A DNA stretch of 63,320 bases, filler included, from Octopus bimaculoides (GCF_001194135.2; 8 parts of 8 records of this genome joined end to end with filler, not necessarily neighbours in it), one strand, 5' to 3'; shown: positions 48,520 to 61,546, counted from the whole stretch's first letter. Program-made: numbers and translations. Notes: generated by a model not told the origin, from the letters alone.

Positions 48520-49520
48520 TGACGTCTTGGAATTTCTTGAGCCTCTTTCCTCTTTCATGACTTCGTAAAGGACTCTTCGTGCTATCTTTCAGCTTCATCC
48601 CTTTGCCATACAGATCGTACTTGAAGCCAAATTGCATTCCATCATTCCCTTTCAAGTGATTCTTGAAACCAGTGACAGAAACACAGATTCTTCCCCGCGT
48701 TTCCCACTAATTTTGTCTGCAGCTTTTGAAAATTTTGCTTGCTTCCTCTTTCGAATTATTCCTATATATGGCGCATGATGAATTCTTTCTCTCTCAATTC
48801 CACTCTGTCAAAGATTGTCTTTGTCCACTTCGTTCCATCAACAGCTCATTCTTCTTAGTTCTCAACAGAAATAACATCTTACGAAAGTTCATTGTACCAG
48901 CGTTTTTTTTTTTAATTTTTCTTCTTTCTTTTGTACAATTCTCCATAAAATAGTTGCTTTGGAATTATAGTCTTACTCATTCGTACAAGATGTCCACTCC
49001 GTTTTAAAACATCTCGAACGGTGATGCCCTCAACGTGAGCCATTTGAATTTTCTCTTGAACTTCGGAGTCCGGAGTACATGGTCTATTTCACATTGAGTA
49101 TATGTCTCAAACAGTATCAGGACAATTACCACCCTCTGGGCAATTATCCCTCCCATAGGACAATTCCCCCAACGACAGCTATCCCCTGGACAATTCCCTC
49201 CGACGACAACTACCTCCAGGACAATTATTCCACCCTTGGTTAATTGCCCCTCTCCAATATATTAAGACGTTTTAAATCATCTGTTGTCCTTGGGCAGGGT
49301 TATTGTCCATGGGGCTGGGGCTGAATGTCCTAGCCCCGAACAAATAACGTTGTTGCAGGAATGTATTCTTGCTTTGCTTCACCTTCAACAGGAAAAGGTT
49401 CCGATAAATTACCATTAAAGTTCATTGTAGCCTTCGTGTTGTCAGGCAAAGTTTGTATCAGGTTTGTAAACATGGCTGGACACGCAAACTTCTTTAACTC
49501 AAACCGAAACATTGATTTTC
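48520..49520 (-). mobile_element. RTE-clade LINE relic, interrupted and internally deleted
   Basis: KKFACPAMFTNLIQTLPDNTKATMNFNGNLSEPFPVEGEAKQEYIPATTLF (RT) and CLRHILNVK / TPDSEV...GHLVRMSKTIIPKQLFYGEL, then a zinc-finger remnant. Confidence 0.8.
49122..49330. mobile_element. MITE-like element with GGACAATT-CC subterminal repeats
   Basis: about 6 GGACAATT/GGCAATT(A/C)CC words at the left; inverted GGGTTATTGTCC and AATGTCC at the right. Confidence 0.55.
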
Positions 49521-49639
49521 TCTGTGTTGATGATGCTGGTGATGATGATGATGTTGTTGCTGTAAGTGATGATATTGGTGATGTTGGTGATGAGGGTGAG
49601 GGTTGACGTTTATGTTTGTGACGTGGATGGTGTTGATGA

Positions 49640-49641
49640 TA

Positions 49642-49708
<67 letters not shown>

Positions 49709-49710
49709 CA
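49640..49710. repeat. (GAT)n microsatellite
   Basis: direct read. Confidence 0.95.
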
Positions 49711-50084
49711 GTGCGATGATGGCGGTAATAAAAGGTTTTTTTAACTGGGAATGTTCCGATAGCTGTTGATGATAACAATAAACTGACAGTGATGAGGTCG
49801 ACGATGATGATGATGACGGGGAGGAAGAGGAAGAGGAGGAGGTGCTGAGGGTGACGAGGATGACTATAATGTTGATCGTGCTGAAGCTATGTTGATGATG
49901 ATGATGATGCAACAGCTGTTTCGGATTCCAAATGTTGTCACAGCTGATGTTGAACTGTTACGCCACTTGGTGGTGTTCGTGCCTTTCTAGTAATTTTCAT
50001 TGTTTTTGTTGTAGTAGTAGTAGTAGTAGTCGTAGTAGTAGTAGTTGTTGTTGTCCTTCTTCAAAAAAAACACACGTACACACA

Positions 50085-50177
<93 letters not shown>

Positions 50178-50313
50178 NNNNNNNNNNNNNNNNNNNNNNN
50201 NNNNNNNNNNNNNNNNNNNNNNNNNNNNNNNNNNNNNNNNNNNNNNNNNNNNNNNNNNNNNNNNNNNNNNNNNNNNNNNNNNNNNNNNNNNNNNNNNNNN
50301 NNNNNNNNNNNNN

Positions 50314-50359
<46 letters not shown>

Positions 50360-50448
50360 AGTGAGAGAGAAAGAGAGAGAGAGAGAAAGAGAGTCGTACA
50401 GAGATGAAATTGCCATAGTCACCCTACAGGTACCACAGCGTGACTTAC

Positions 50449-50568
50449 CCCTCGTCAACTGTTGACTGGAGATCAAAGTAATGTTGCCCTTTTCAACGGT
50501 GCCATACAACGCGCATGCTACATGGGAATATCCAGGTTTTAAGGGAGAAAATTTCTCGGACGTTACAA
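50449..50568 (-). CDS. candidate 120-nt symmetric phase-1 exon, unknown product
   Basis: TACATGCAG/TT...AGGG/GTAAGT; open frame VTSEKFSPLKPGYSHVACALYGTVEKGNITLISSQQLTR in unique, non-repeat sequence. Confidence 0.35.
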
Positions 50569-51429
50569 CTGCATGTATATGCAGAGGTGATTTAGAATTT
50601 CTTCATCCAGTCTTTAGGCGCTTACTAACGAAATGAGAGGCACCAAGAATTATGAGCAGCGATGTAAGTTGTACGTGTGAAGTCCTTTGTAAAATCCAAG
50701 TGTTTGTCGATAATGCGAGATCGATAATGACTTATTGCCAATTTTGACCCTGGGGATAATTATCAGCCTTTTTCTTTCTGTTTGGAAAATAAAATTGAAA
50801 CTTATTTAGTTTTTGTATTTGTCTTGCAAGCATCTTGACGTGAAACATATTTTGTTGCATTTCGGGAGGTTAATTATGCCAATAATAAACACAAGCACTG
50901 GTACTACCTCACTTCTTTCTTCTTTATTTGTCAATTACTTAACTATGTAACTAATTAACTAATCGATTGTTTGATTAATCGTTCGGTCAGTCAAACAATG
51001 AGTTAAGTTTAACAAAATCATTTCGCCGCTATTCACAACCTCATCAATGGCTGCCCTCTCTACTCCAATGAAATAGAATCGGTGTGTTTATTATTGGCAT
51101 TGGGACACTCTGCTACCGAGGTACAACATAAAAGATCAAAATTAGCTTGATTAGAAATATGCACAGAGCAAAGTTTGGCAATTTTTCATCCGAAATATTT
51201 CATAATTAATAACATCACTGTAAGAATGAAACAAAATTAACTGGATGAAGCCATTTTATAATCTACCCGTTTGTACATGTTATGAAACGCTATATATTCT
51301 GTCTGTGTGTCTGTATGTTTGTCTACTTATGGAAACTATTCATATTCTTATAAGTTTCATCCTATCTTTTATCTTCATCTTTTATCAAGAATTTCAGTCG
51401 AACGAATCGACTTCAATATTTACTTTTTA

Positions 51430-51696
51430 AGCCTTGCACTTATTCTATCGGTCTGTTTTGCCGAACCGCTAAGTTATGGCGAGGAAAACTCTCCAACACC
51501 GCTTGCCAAGCGGTGGTGGGGACAAATACATATATACAACAGGCTTCTTTCAGTTTCCGTCTACAAATATCACTCACAAGGCTTTGGTCGACCTGAGACT
51601 ATAGTAGAAGCCACTTAACCGAGGTGCCACGAGTAGGACTGAACCCGGGACCATGTGGGCGAGAGGCAAACTTTTCACCACAGAGCTATGCCTGCT
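51430..51696 (-). mobile_element. composite SINE A + short microsatellite + partial module C
   Basis: C block CTTATTCTATCGGTCTGTTTTGCCGAACCGCTAAGTTA joined via ACAAATACATATATAC to the A block. Confidence 0.85.
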
Positions 51697-51959
51697 CCCG
51701 CAGAAAAAGAAATTTGCAATCATATTTTCGATATGTGAAGGCGAAGCGAACGTCTTCACCAGACTGTAATACTCCGCAAATCTTTAGGTTTTGTGATAGT
51801 AAAGAAGGAAGTTAGTAGCTATGACCCTTTTCAGGGGTTCCCATCTGGACAGGGGCGGGGAGAAAGAAGGTACCCTCAAACCAGAAACCGGGTCGAAATT
51901 CTTTCAAATGAGTGGGCTCCGACAAACGTGGTTGTGTTAAAAAAGAAAGGTTGGTGGAT

Positions 51960-52070
51960 TAAAATCGACATCCTACGTAGGGATTGAACTCAGTGCAACG
52001 CTAGGGGAGAGCAAACACTGTGAGACATCATCATCTGACGGCCTATTAGCTCTGCCAGTTCACCGCCGAC
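51960..52070 (-). mobile_element. degenerate SINE B-like head
   Basis: minus strand GGCGGTGAACTGGCAGAGC...CTGAGTTCAATCCC. Confidence 0.4.
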
Positions 52071-52187
52071 AGAAGCTCGGCCTCAAAACCACAATTAATA
52101 ATTCAGTTTTCACGTATTAGTTACATGAAATTATTTAAGTGCAGACACACATATATACTCACACACATACGCACTCGCCTCACCTAT

Positions 52188-52266
<79 letters not shown>

Positions 52267-52912
52267 CGTATGAGTGTGTGCGTGTGTGTGTTGTTGTTTG
52301 CGTCGGAGATAGGGACGGCGTATCTGGACTTCCATTTTATGCAATGTAACATTGATCGATGAGTAGAGATTAGTCTGGCCTTGTAGTTAAGAAGTTTACA
52401 TCCCAACCACACACCGAGAAGAAAACTTACATACTCCTTGCTAAACATACATAAAAAAAACAAATAACTACTACCACAACAGAGTGTATCTTCATAAATA
52501 TAACTCGGCAGACAGTGTGTATAACGTTTCATAAACATGTAGACACAGATGATAGAATGATTCCATACAGAGCGGATTGTTTCGCTTTTGCAGTTTTCTC
52601 ATAAATTATGAAATATTTCGGATGGGAAATTGCCAATATTTGTTCCAATCAAGCTAACTTTGAACACTTATTCCCCAAATAGCAATACCTACGTCCATTG
52701 TCAAAACAAATTTTAAATAATTAATAGATGCACATCATTCGGCTTCCAAGTCTCCACCCGTGGACGTATAATTGTATTTTAGAAGAGCATTCAGACTTAT
52801 AGTATATATTTGTACCCATAATTAATGGCACATTTGTTTTTTGCTTTTTTGTAAATGTCTGAATGCCAGTCAAAAAAAGCCAGAGCTTTCAGGCCAAGAA
52901 ATACCGACTTAC

Positions 52913-53036
52913 AAATACACCTTGTTAGACGAACAGGAATATGATGCAGCAGTTATTCTCAAATTCATCAATGTTATTATTCTTCTTTGGTTTTGTCTAA
53001 ATTCTTGCGGTGATTCTTTGATTCTAATTTGGAGAC
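52913..53036 (-). CDS. candidate exon, unknown product
   Basis: TTTTCATTTTAAAGAAGTGCAG/GT...TT/GTAAGT; single open frame LQIRIKESPQEFRQNQRRIITLMNLRITAASYSCSSNKVY; alternative AG gives 52913-53044. Confidence 0.3.
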
Positions 53037-53109
53037 CTGCACTTCTTTAAAATGAAAATTTCAAAGCATTAAAAACGGAAGATAATATACGCACGTGTTC
53101 GTAAATATG

Positions 53110-53180
53110 TCTATATCGATCGATCCATCCGTCCATCCATCCATCCGACAATCTAATCTGTCTATCTATACATCTATCTA

Positions 53181-53213
<33 letters not shown>

Positions 53214-53288
53214 GTGTCTGTCTCTGTGTGTGTGTGTCTGTCTGTCTGTCTATCTATCTGTCTGTCTATCTATCTATCTATCTATCTA

Positions 53289-53357
<69 letters not shown>

Positions 53358-53440
53358 TTGTCTGTTTGTCTGTATGTCTGTCTCTCTGTCTGTCTGTCTG
53401 CGTGTCTGTATGTCTGTCTGTATATCTATCTATATATAAG
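53110..53440. repeat. (TCTA)n/(TCTG)n compound microsatellite
   Basis: direct read. Confidence 0.9.
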
Positions 53441-53602
53441 CATACATGTATGTATATATATATTATGAAGATAATACATATAACTTTTAGAGTGTGCTTT
53501 TTTTCGTATATATGATCCACTGACGATATATATATATATAACTATAAAGACAGAGAAATAGAGAGAGGGGGGGGAGAGAGAGAGAGAGAGAGAGATGCAT
53601 AT

Positions 53603-53721
53603 ATAGGTGGTTCCGGGTTCAGTCCCACTGCGGGGCACCTTAGGAGAGTGTCTTCTATTCTAGCTTCGGGCCGTTCAAAACGTTGTGAGTGGATTTGGTA
53701 GACGGAAGCTGAAAGAAGCCC

Positions 53722-53807
<86 letters not shown>

Positions 53808-54115
53808 TGTCTGTACGTGTGTGTGTGAGAGAGAGAGAGAGAGAGAACGAGAGAGGGGAGAATGAAGAGTGTGCGCGCGTGCGTGTGCATGTCTGTGTAT
53901 GTATGTCCTTGTTTCTGTGTTTGTACCCATCGATACTTGACAATCGGTGTTAGTGTGTTTACGTCCTTGTAACTTAGCGGTTCGGCAACATTGACCGATA
54001 GAATAAGTTACAGATTACAATGAAAATATGTAGTACTGGAGTCGATACATTCAACTAATAATTCTTCAAGGCGGTGCCCCAGCATGGCCGCAGTGTAATG
54101 GCTAAAACAAGTAAA
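53603..54115 (+). mobile_element. composite SINE A + long (GT)n(GA)n + module C
   Basis: GGTTCCGGGTTCAGTCCCACTGCG...GAAAGAAGCCC, microsatellite, then TTGACAATCGG...CTTAGCGGTTCGGC...GGCGGTGCCCCAGCATGGCCGCAG. Confidence 0.85.
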
Positions 54116-54118
54116 TGG

Positions 54119-54164
<46 letters not shown>

Positions 54165-54176
54165 ATACACACACAC

Positions 54177-54217
<41 letters not shown>

Positions 54218-55576
54218 NNNNNNNNNNNNNNNNNNNNNNNNNNNNNNNNNNNNNNNNNNNNTTAATTAATTAANNNNNNNNNNNNNNNNNNNNNNNNNNN
54301 NNNNNNNNNNNNNNNNNTATATATATATATGTATACATATACACATATATATATTATGATTTGCCTTGCAATAGTCTCTTCATCTTCTAATATGGATTTC
54401 TACATAATTTTTAAAAAACCATGACACCTCTGCCTTTTCCTTCGTCAAATGTGGTGTTGAGACTGAAGATCGCTGATTATGTAAATGCAAATCTTACATT
54501 AAGCCACCTCAGTCATGCGCTCTAAGCCTGAACTTAGTTGAGGCAGATACGAATCAAACCTTACGGAGTAATGTCTGTATATTGGTGTTTTTACAGCTTC
54601 AGTGATGGAACAATGGAAAGAGTGTGTCATGTCTACATATGAATGGGAAGAAACTGTAAAACAAAATATAAGGAAAACTTAGAGTAGATCGTATTATTAT
54701 GTGTTTGTAGGACTGTATATAAAGTGGACATTTGCATAGTCGAACGCTTAAATAGCTCTGTGTTCGCTCCAGTTTTTAGCATATCGAGAACAACTCTCTG
54801 AGCAATGAATCACGTCAAAGAAATCCTTGTGAAAGAAAGTAAATAGACAGAAACTTTGCGGAATTGTGTAGGAAGAAATGGTTTTTGTAATTCAAAGAAA
54901 CAAACTGATCACGCATTTCCGAAGCAAGTGGGTGTGGAATAGCGAACCACTTAATGTAAATACAACGAGGATGAAATACAGTTCATTGTGCAACTTATCC
55001 ATTATTGCTGAAATAAATGATGAGCCTTATACTTTTTTTGCATAGACACGAGTAATTATTTGAAAATGTTTTCTTTAATTGTAGATGATAGCCTTATTAT
55101 ATATGCAGGAAATTATTGTCACAAATATAGATATACACATACAGATTTACACAGACACAGTTAAACAGTCGCACACACATATTAATCAAACTTTGCCGCT
55201 TCTCTGGTTGATATTCGCGGGGTAGTGGTCATGGGGGTTAAATCCTCAGGCAATTCTTCCATAGGGTCTTATCATTAGTAACACACTTTAGAATTTCCGG
55301 CTGGATTGCCTAGCGTGACTAAGTGACACTTTGTATATGATCCATCTCTTTCTTAGTCTACTTCTAGGTCTGCAGTGGCTTGAAAAATTCGTCTTGTGAT
55401 TCTTTCGTGCAAAGTTTTTTATAGCATGTCCGTAATAGCCAGCACCTACAACACTAGCATTTATTTTATCCTCCTGCCGTCTATCAAATCTACGCTTGTG
55501 TACATATAATAATATTGATTTAAACAAAAGATTAAATGTGGTACTTAAAATGTTTGAGGTACCAGAATTTGGTAGG

Positions 55577-55677
<101 letters not shown>

Positions 55678-57180
55678 CACACAAATGTGATGTATTATAC
55701 TATATATTGAAATAGACACCACTTAACAAATTGATTTCTTTGCAAGCATAGTGAAGCTTCTAATAAATCATGGGTATATAGCACCATTCCTTTGAGGCTT
55801 CATCTTATTTATCGATATGTGTGTGCATTGCATATGCAATATTTTATTCCTCGTTCTGATTTTTTTCCAGAATACTAATTATGTATGCATGGTAATAACA
55901 CAGGTATTGTATTACATTCACATTTTCACTTTTATATATATTGAATACTATTTTACGTGAATTTAACGCTTATAATAATGAAGTACAAGTCAAATACCCT
56001 GTTTTATGCCATATTTTATTAGAAGAACCAGAAGTATTTTCATGAAATATATTAAAAACAGATATCTCTCTCCTATTCAATATTAAATAGACACAATATA
56101 TTTTATAACGCTTTCATATCATTTCCATGTCACCGTTGGGTTTAATCAATATTATGCACATTTTTAGGAAATGTCTCATTATATTTCACTGCATAGAAAA
56201 AATCATAATGGGAGAACAATGGCACTAAAAGCCTGTCACCTACATTCTTTGTATTGTTTTGATAAAAGCTATTTTATAACTGAATTAATGTTAGCACAAA
56301 AATATGACCTTTTGGAGATATGAAATATGCGTGACTGATAGAATGTTCTATAGCATGAGTCGCGGGAGATGTTTTACGTATTCCCTTTTGTTACACTGAT
56401 TGACGGTATTTAAAAAAGTGCTTTCGTATGAAAGAACGATTTTATTTAGAAAAGTACAACAAACATCTTGAGGCAAAACAAGAAATTAAGGTGAAAATAG
56501 TACAAGTAAATGAATCCAATAACTGTAATGCAACTGAGGCAGAAAACAAAATATAGCGATAACCACTTAGCAATTGCCAATAAAGTATTTTTATGGTGGC
56601 AATGTAGGAATAATAATAGTATATATTAAAAGAAATAAGCTCTTTAAACGTAAACATTTACAAATGAAATAGAGACGATTTGTTTCAGATAAAATTGTTC
56701 TGTGTTCCAGAAATTCTACCTCCATAAATCGCTGTTGACCTGAATTAAAAAGCTGTTTGTACATTGAGTAGGGGCACTTGGTATGATACGACAAGTTTTT
56801 CTGGAATTATCCGAGAGAAGCGACTAGCATCTTAATCCAAAAACATCGCGGTTATAATATTGTGAACATAAAATTAGCGCACAAGATAGGTGTGCATAGT
56901 CACAACCCACCACCGAAAAATAACATATTCACATATGTATGTATGAATGCATGTAGGTGCGTCATATATACATATATAGAGAGATATATATGTGTGTGTG
57001 CGTTTATGTATGTATGTGTGTATCTCTCCCTCTCTCTCTCCCCCTCTCTCTCCCCCTCTCTCGCTCTCCCTCTCTCTCCCNNNNNNNNNNNNNNNNNNNN
57101 NNNNNNNNNNNNNNNNNNNNNNNNTTAATTAATTAANNNNNNNNNNNNNNNNNNNNNNNNNNNNNNNNNNNNNNNNNNNN

Positions 57181-57800
57181 ACCCGTTCGGGATAAGTTCT
57201 ACAGACACGGATCGAGACACGCCGCCGGTCTGAGCTGTCCGAGGTGCAGGCAGGACGACGAGACCGTCCTGCATGCCCTCGTGCAGTGTCCTCATATATT
57301 GAATCTGTGAAACTATGTCGAACGACTGCTGTCACGTGTAGGGTCAACCGTTCTGTCGACTGAGTCCATTGTGAATATTGTCCCGCCACCTTCCTTTAAC
57401 TGGGAAGGCACAGCGGTATTCATCACCTTGTTGGCTATGGCTAAAGAGTGTATATGGTGGACCAGAATGAAAGGACTAGAGACGAATACTTTCCTTTCTG
57501 GCCAACCTCTAATTAACTTTTTCAAGTACTACTTAAAAAGGAAGATTAGAGTAGAGAGTGAAGTGTTGTCGGGTAAATGTTTCGATAAAAGGTGGGTGAA
57601 TGTAGCAAGAATGGTCCGTATGAATGACGGACCCAATCTAAGCATAACCCTGTAATAAAAAGGAAAGAAAGAGAGTAGGGACCTTGCTCCTGAACAGTAA
57701 CGCCCATCCAAGGTCTCCGTGGTGCTTTTTTCGTAGGTTTTTCTTCCCACGGATAACCTTACCTGTTTTTGTTAATACGAACATAACATTCTAAAAATTT
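57181..57800 (+). mobile_element. Tx1/L1-clade ORF2 C-terminus and 3' UTR
   Basis: PVRDKFYRHG...CPRCRQDDETVLHALVQC (zf-RVT-type CCHC), one internal stop, ORF ends at 57655. Confidence 0.85.
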
Positions 57801-57920
57801 CACTTTTCGAAATTTTCGACTTTATTAACAAAAACATTTTTTTCTATTTTTTTTTTTAAAGAAAAAATTCTACATTGTATTGTCCCCTCTATATTGAGAC
57901 CTGTGTGTCTAATAAAAGAA

Positions 57921-57951
<31 letters not shown>

Positions 57952-58645
57952 NNNNNNNNNNNNNNNNNNNNNNNNNNNNNNNNNNNNNNNNNNNNNNNNN
58001 NNNNNNNNNNNNNNNNNNNNNNNNNNNNNNNNNNNNNNNNNNNNNNNNNNNNNNNNNNNNNNNNNNNNNNNNNNNNNNNNNNNNNNNNNNNNNNNNNNNN
58101 NNNNNNNNNNNNNNNNNNNNNNNNNNNNNNNNNNNNNNNNNNNNNNNNNNNNNNNNNNNNNNNNNNNNNNNNNNNNNNNNNNNNNNNNNNNNNNNNNNNN
58201 NNNNNNNNNNNNNNNNNNNNNNNNNNNNNNNNNNNNNNNNNNNNNNNNNNNNNNNNNNNNNNNNNNNNNNNNNNNNNNNNNNNNNNNNNNNNNNNNNNNN
58301 NNNNNNNNNNNNNNNNNNNNNNNNNNNNNNNNNNNNNNNNNNNNNNNNNNNNNNNNNNNNNNNNNNNNNNNNNNNNNNNNNNNNNNNNNNNNNNNNNNNN
58401 NNNNNNNNNNNNNNNNNNNNNNNNNNNNNNNNNNNNNNNNNNNNNNNNNNNNNNNNNNNNNNNNNNNNNNNNNNNNNNNNNNNNNNNNNNNNNNNNNNNN
58501 NNNNNNNNNNNNNNNNNNNNNNNNNNNNNNNNNNNNNNNNNNNNNNNNNNNNNNNNNNNNNNNNNNNNNNNNNNNNNNNNNNNNNNNNNNNNNNNNNNNN
58601 NNNNNNNNNNNNNNNNNNNNNNNNNNCACCACCACCAACAACAAC

Positions 58646-58679
<34 letters not shown>

Positions 58680-58759
58680 ACAACAACAGCAGCAGCAGCA
58701 GCAACAGTTTAACTCAACCTTTGCTCTCTTTACCAGCAGCAAACGAAAGAGAGGAAGGA

Positions 58760-60336
58760 AAAATGAAAACAAGCCACAACACTACTGACACAGTCACAAA
58801 TACCACATCTGCCACCAATACCAGTGGCAGCACAAGCAACAACAATAACAACAATAACAAAAAAACTTTGCTGAAGCTTTGAAGCAAAGAGAAACTATTG
58901 TGTCCTACACGACAAGAGAAATAATAGATATGAGAAGGTTAATCACTAAAGAAAACAATGAAATACATTTAAACATACCCGAACATACATTACAGGAAAC
59001 CAATAGAAAAACTATCATATACAAAATAATAAATGCTAAAAGTAGAAGGCCAGAACAGGCCAGTACAGACATAATTCAAAAATGTTTGCACTCACTCTGA
59101 TCTGAAAAAATATACATCACATGGTATAAATATGCACATGTCCAAGTGATTTTTCGAAATGAAGAGTTAGCGAAGAAATTTTCAACGCTAACTCTTCACA
59201 CACCAGAAATAACAATGATACCTAGTTACCTTGGCCAAAAGGTAACCAAGGTAACGATAATGCATGCACCTCCAACAATAGACACACTATGATTGCTATC
59301 GGCCATATGTGTCGACATGGACAATATAAATATACTCAAAATCACCGTTGGAGAAAGCAACTGGACAGGAAAAACCATACAAATCCTGTTCCACACAAAC
59401 GAACAAGAAATACAAAATATTCCCGCCATACATCCGTTTGGCAGCAAACCAAAAATTACATATAGTGGTAGAGGGCAGGCGGCCTCGCTGTTACTTATGC
59501 AACAGCGAGGCACACCTCAAAAAGGAGTGTCCGACTGCCCTAAAAACACAACAACAACAACAAGAACTAACTAAACACATAAAAAAACCTTGCTGCCCAC
59601 ACGTTGATGTTGTTGATGTTGCTTTTGTTGTTTTTGTGTGGATGGCGATCCACACAAAAACAACAAAAGCAACATCAACAACATCAACGAAAGAAAACAC
59701 TACAAAAACTGCAAAATTAACAAAGACGAAAAAAGAAAAGACAATACAAAAACTGATACCCCTTCCCCCACATCACTTACACCACAACCAAAAATTCAAC
59801 AACCAACAAAAAAAAAAACAACACAACCACTTACACAAGAAAACACAAAAGCATACAACATGCCCCTACATCCTTCCGATTCCTCAGAGATTTCATCTGA
59901 AGACGAATTAAGTAATGAGGAATGGAAAATAGCCCAAAAAGAAGGAGGAAGAGGTGCAAAAAAAGAAAAACAAACAACAGCAAAGCAGGGAGATTCACAT
60001 ATCCCGAAAATACTCCCAAATCCCAAACGATAGACACCAATATTAACACACCAAAAACAATGCTAACAGCAATAGACACTACAAACACAGAGTTGATGAA
60101 ATACATCAACTCTAAAACAAACATCACAAATAACGACATCAAAAGAAACAATCACCCACACACAACACCGCTCAAACACATAAAAATATATCATGTAACA
60201 CCAGCATTGCACCACAAAATAAAATCCCTCTACCCCAATGCTTAGGGGGATGTCAAAAATATTTGTGCAAGAAATTGTACAATAGCCTCCTTGGTGAAAA
60301 ATCCAAGGAGGAAGCAAAACTTTCAAACAAGTAGGT
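58760..60336 (+). mobile_element. Tx1/L1-clade ORF1 (gag-like) pseudogene
   Basis: frameshifted A-rich ORF with KTFAEAL, IPSYLG...VTI and zinc knuckle VEGRRPRCYLCNSEAHLKKECP (CX2CX4HX4C). Confidence 0.7.
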
Positions 60337-60914
60337 NNNNNNNNNNNNNNNNNNNNNNNNNNNNNNNNNNNNNNNNNNNNNNNNNNNNNNNNNNNNNNNN
60401 NNNNNNNNNNNNNNNNNNNNNNNNNNNNNNNNNNNNNNNNNNNNNNNNNNNNNNNNNNNNNNNNNNNNNNNNNNNNNNNNNNNNNNNNNNNNNNNNNNNN
60501 NNNNNNNNNNNNNNNNNNNNNNNNNNNNNNNNNNNNNNNNNNNNNNNNNNNNNNNNNNNNNNNNNNNNNNNNNNNNNNNNNNNNNNNNNNNNNNNNNNNN
60601 NNNNNNNNNNNNNNNNNNNNNNNNNNNNNNNNNNNNNNNNNNNNNNNNNNNNNNNNNNNNNNNNNNNNNNNNNNNNNNNNNNNNNNNNNNNNNNNNNNNN
60701 NNNNNNNNNNNNNNNNNNNNNNNNNNNNNNNNNNNNNNNNNNNNNNNNNNNNNNNNNNNNNNNNNNNNNNNNNNNNNNNNNNNNNNNNNNNNNNNNNNNN
60801 NNNNNNNNNNNNNNNNNNNNNNNNNNNNNNNNNNNNNNNNNNNNNNNNNNNNNNNNNNNNNNNNNNNNNNNNNNNNNNNNNNNNNNNNNNNNNNNNNNNN
60901 NNNNNNNNNNNNNN

Positions 60915-61546
60915 AAGGGGATGCAAATGCTTCAGAGACCTGCTCAGTCGCTTTCAACTGTCTGACAGGTACCGACTCGAACACCCAAATGTGCCAACGT
61001 GGACATGGAGCGGCCGCATTGGGACGTCAAGATCGTATCTAGATAGGATACTGTGTAGGACAGTAGATAGGGATAGCTTAGGATGTCCACAGTTCCACAC
61101 AGTCAGCTACACGGATCACAAACTTGTGACGTGTACGCTAGACTTAGATAAGGCACATAGGCAGGGTCCCGGTTACTGGAAACTAAACGCGTCTTTCCCG
61201 TCGAGACAAGTTTTCAGAGACCGGATTAGCACGTTAGTAAAGAGGGCTTTGACGGGAGCCATCATCAACAACAAATGGAGGTTTGTCCTCAAGAGAGCAG
61301 TAAAAGCAGAAGCAACTAGATATAGCAAGGCATTAGCCGTAGATGGAAACAGAGTAGAGGGAGAGCTAGTGAATAAGTTAGAGGAGGCATTAAGAAACGG
61401 CATCACATCCTTTCAGCAGCATTTTGCCCGACTGTTCGGGACGAGTGGCAAGCGAGAAGGCAGGGTGGACTTCAGTGCCTATCTACACAGCCTGAAACGA
61501 CTCTCGGCAAGAGAGGCGGAGTGCTGCGAAGGTGCCGTCACGGCGG
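60915..61546 (+). mobile_element. Tx1/L1-clade ORF2: AP endonuclease C-terminus and linker
   Basis: TWTWSG..SYLDRILC...YTDHKLV...GPGYWKLNAS then FQQHFARLF...LSAREAECCEG; apparent deletion after NGITS. Confidence 0.88.

Noticed and set aside
55288-55560. KINASVVGAGYYGHAIKNF resembles a Rossmann GxGxxG motif
   Set aside because: No continuation of an oxidoreductase fold, no convincing splice sites, and the ORF starts in microsatellite; likely chance.
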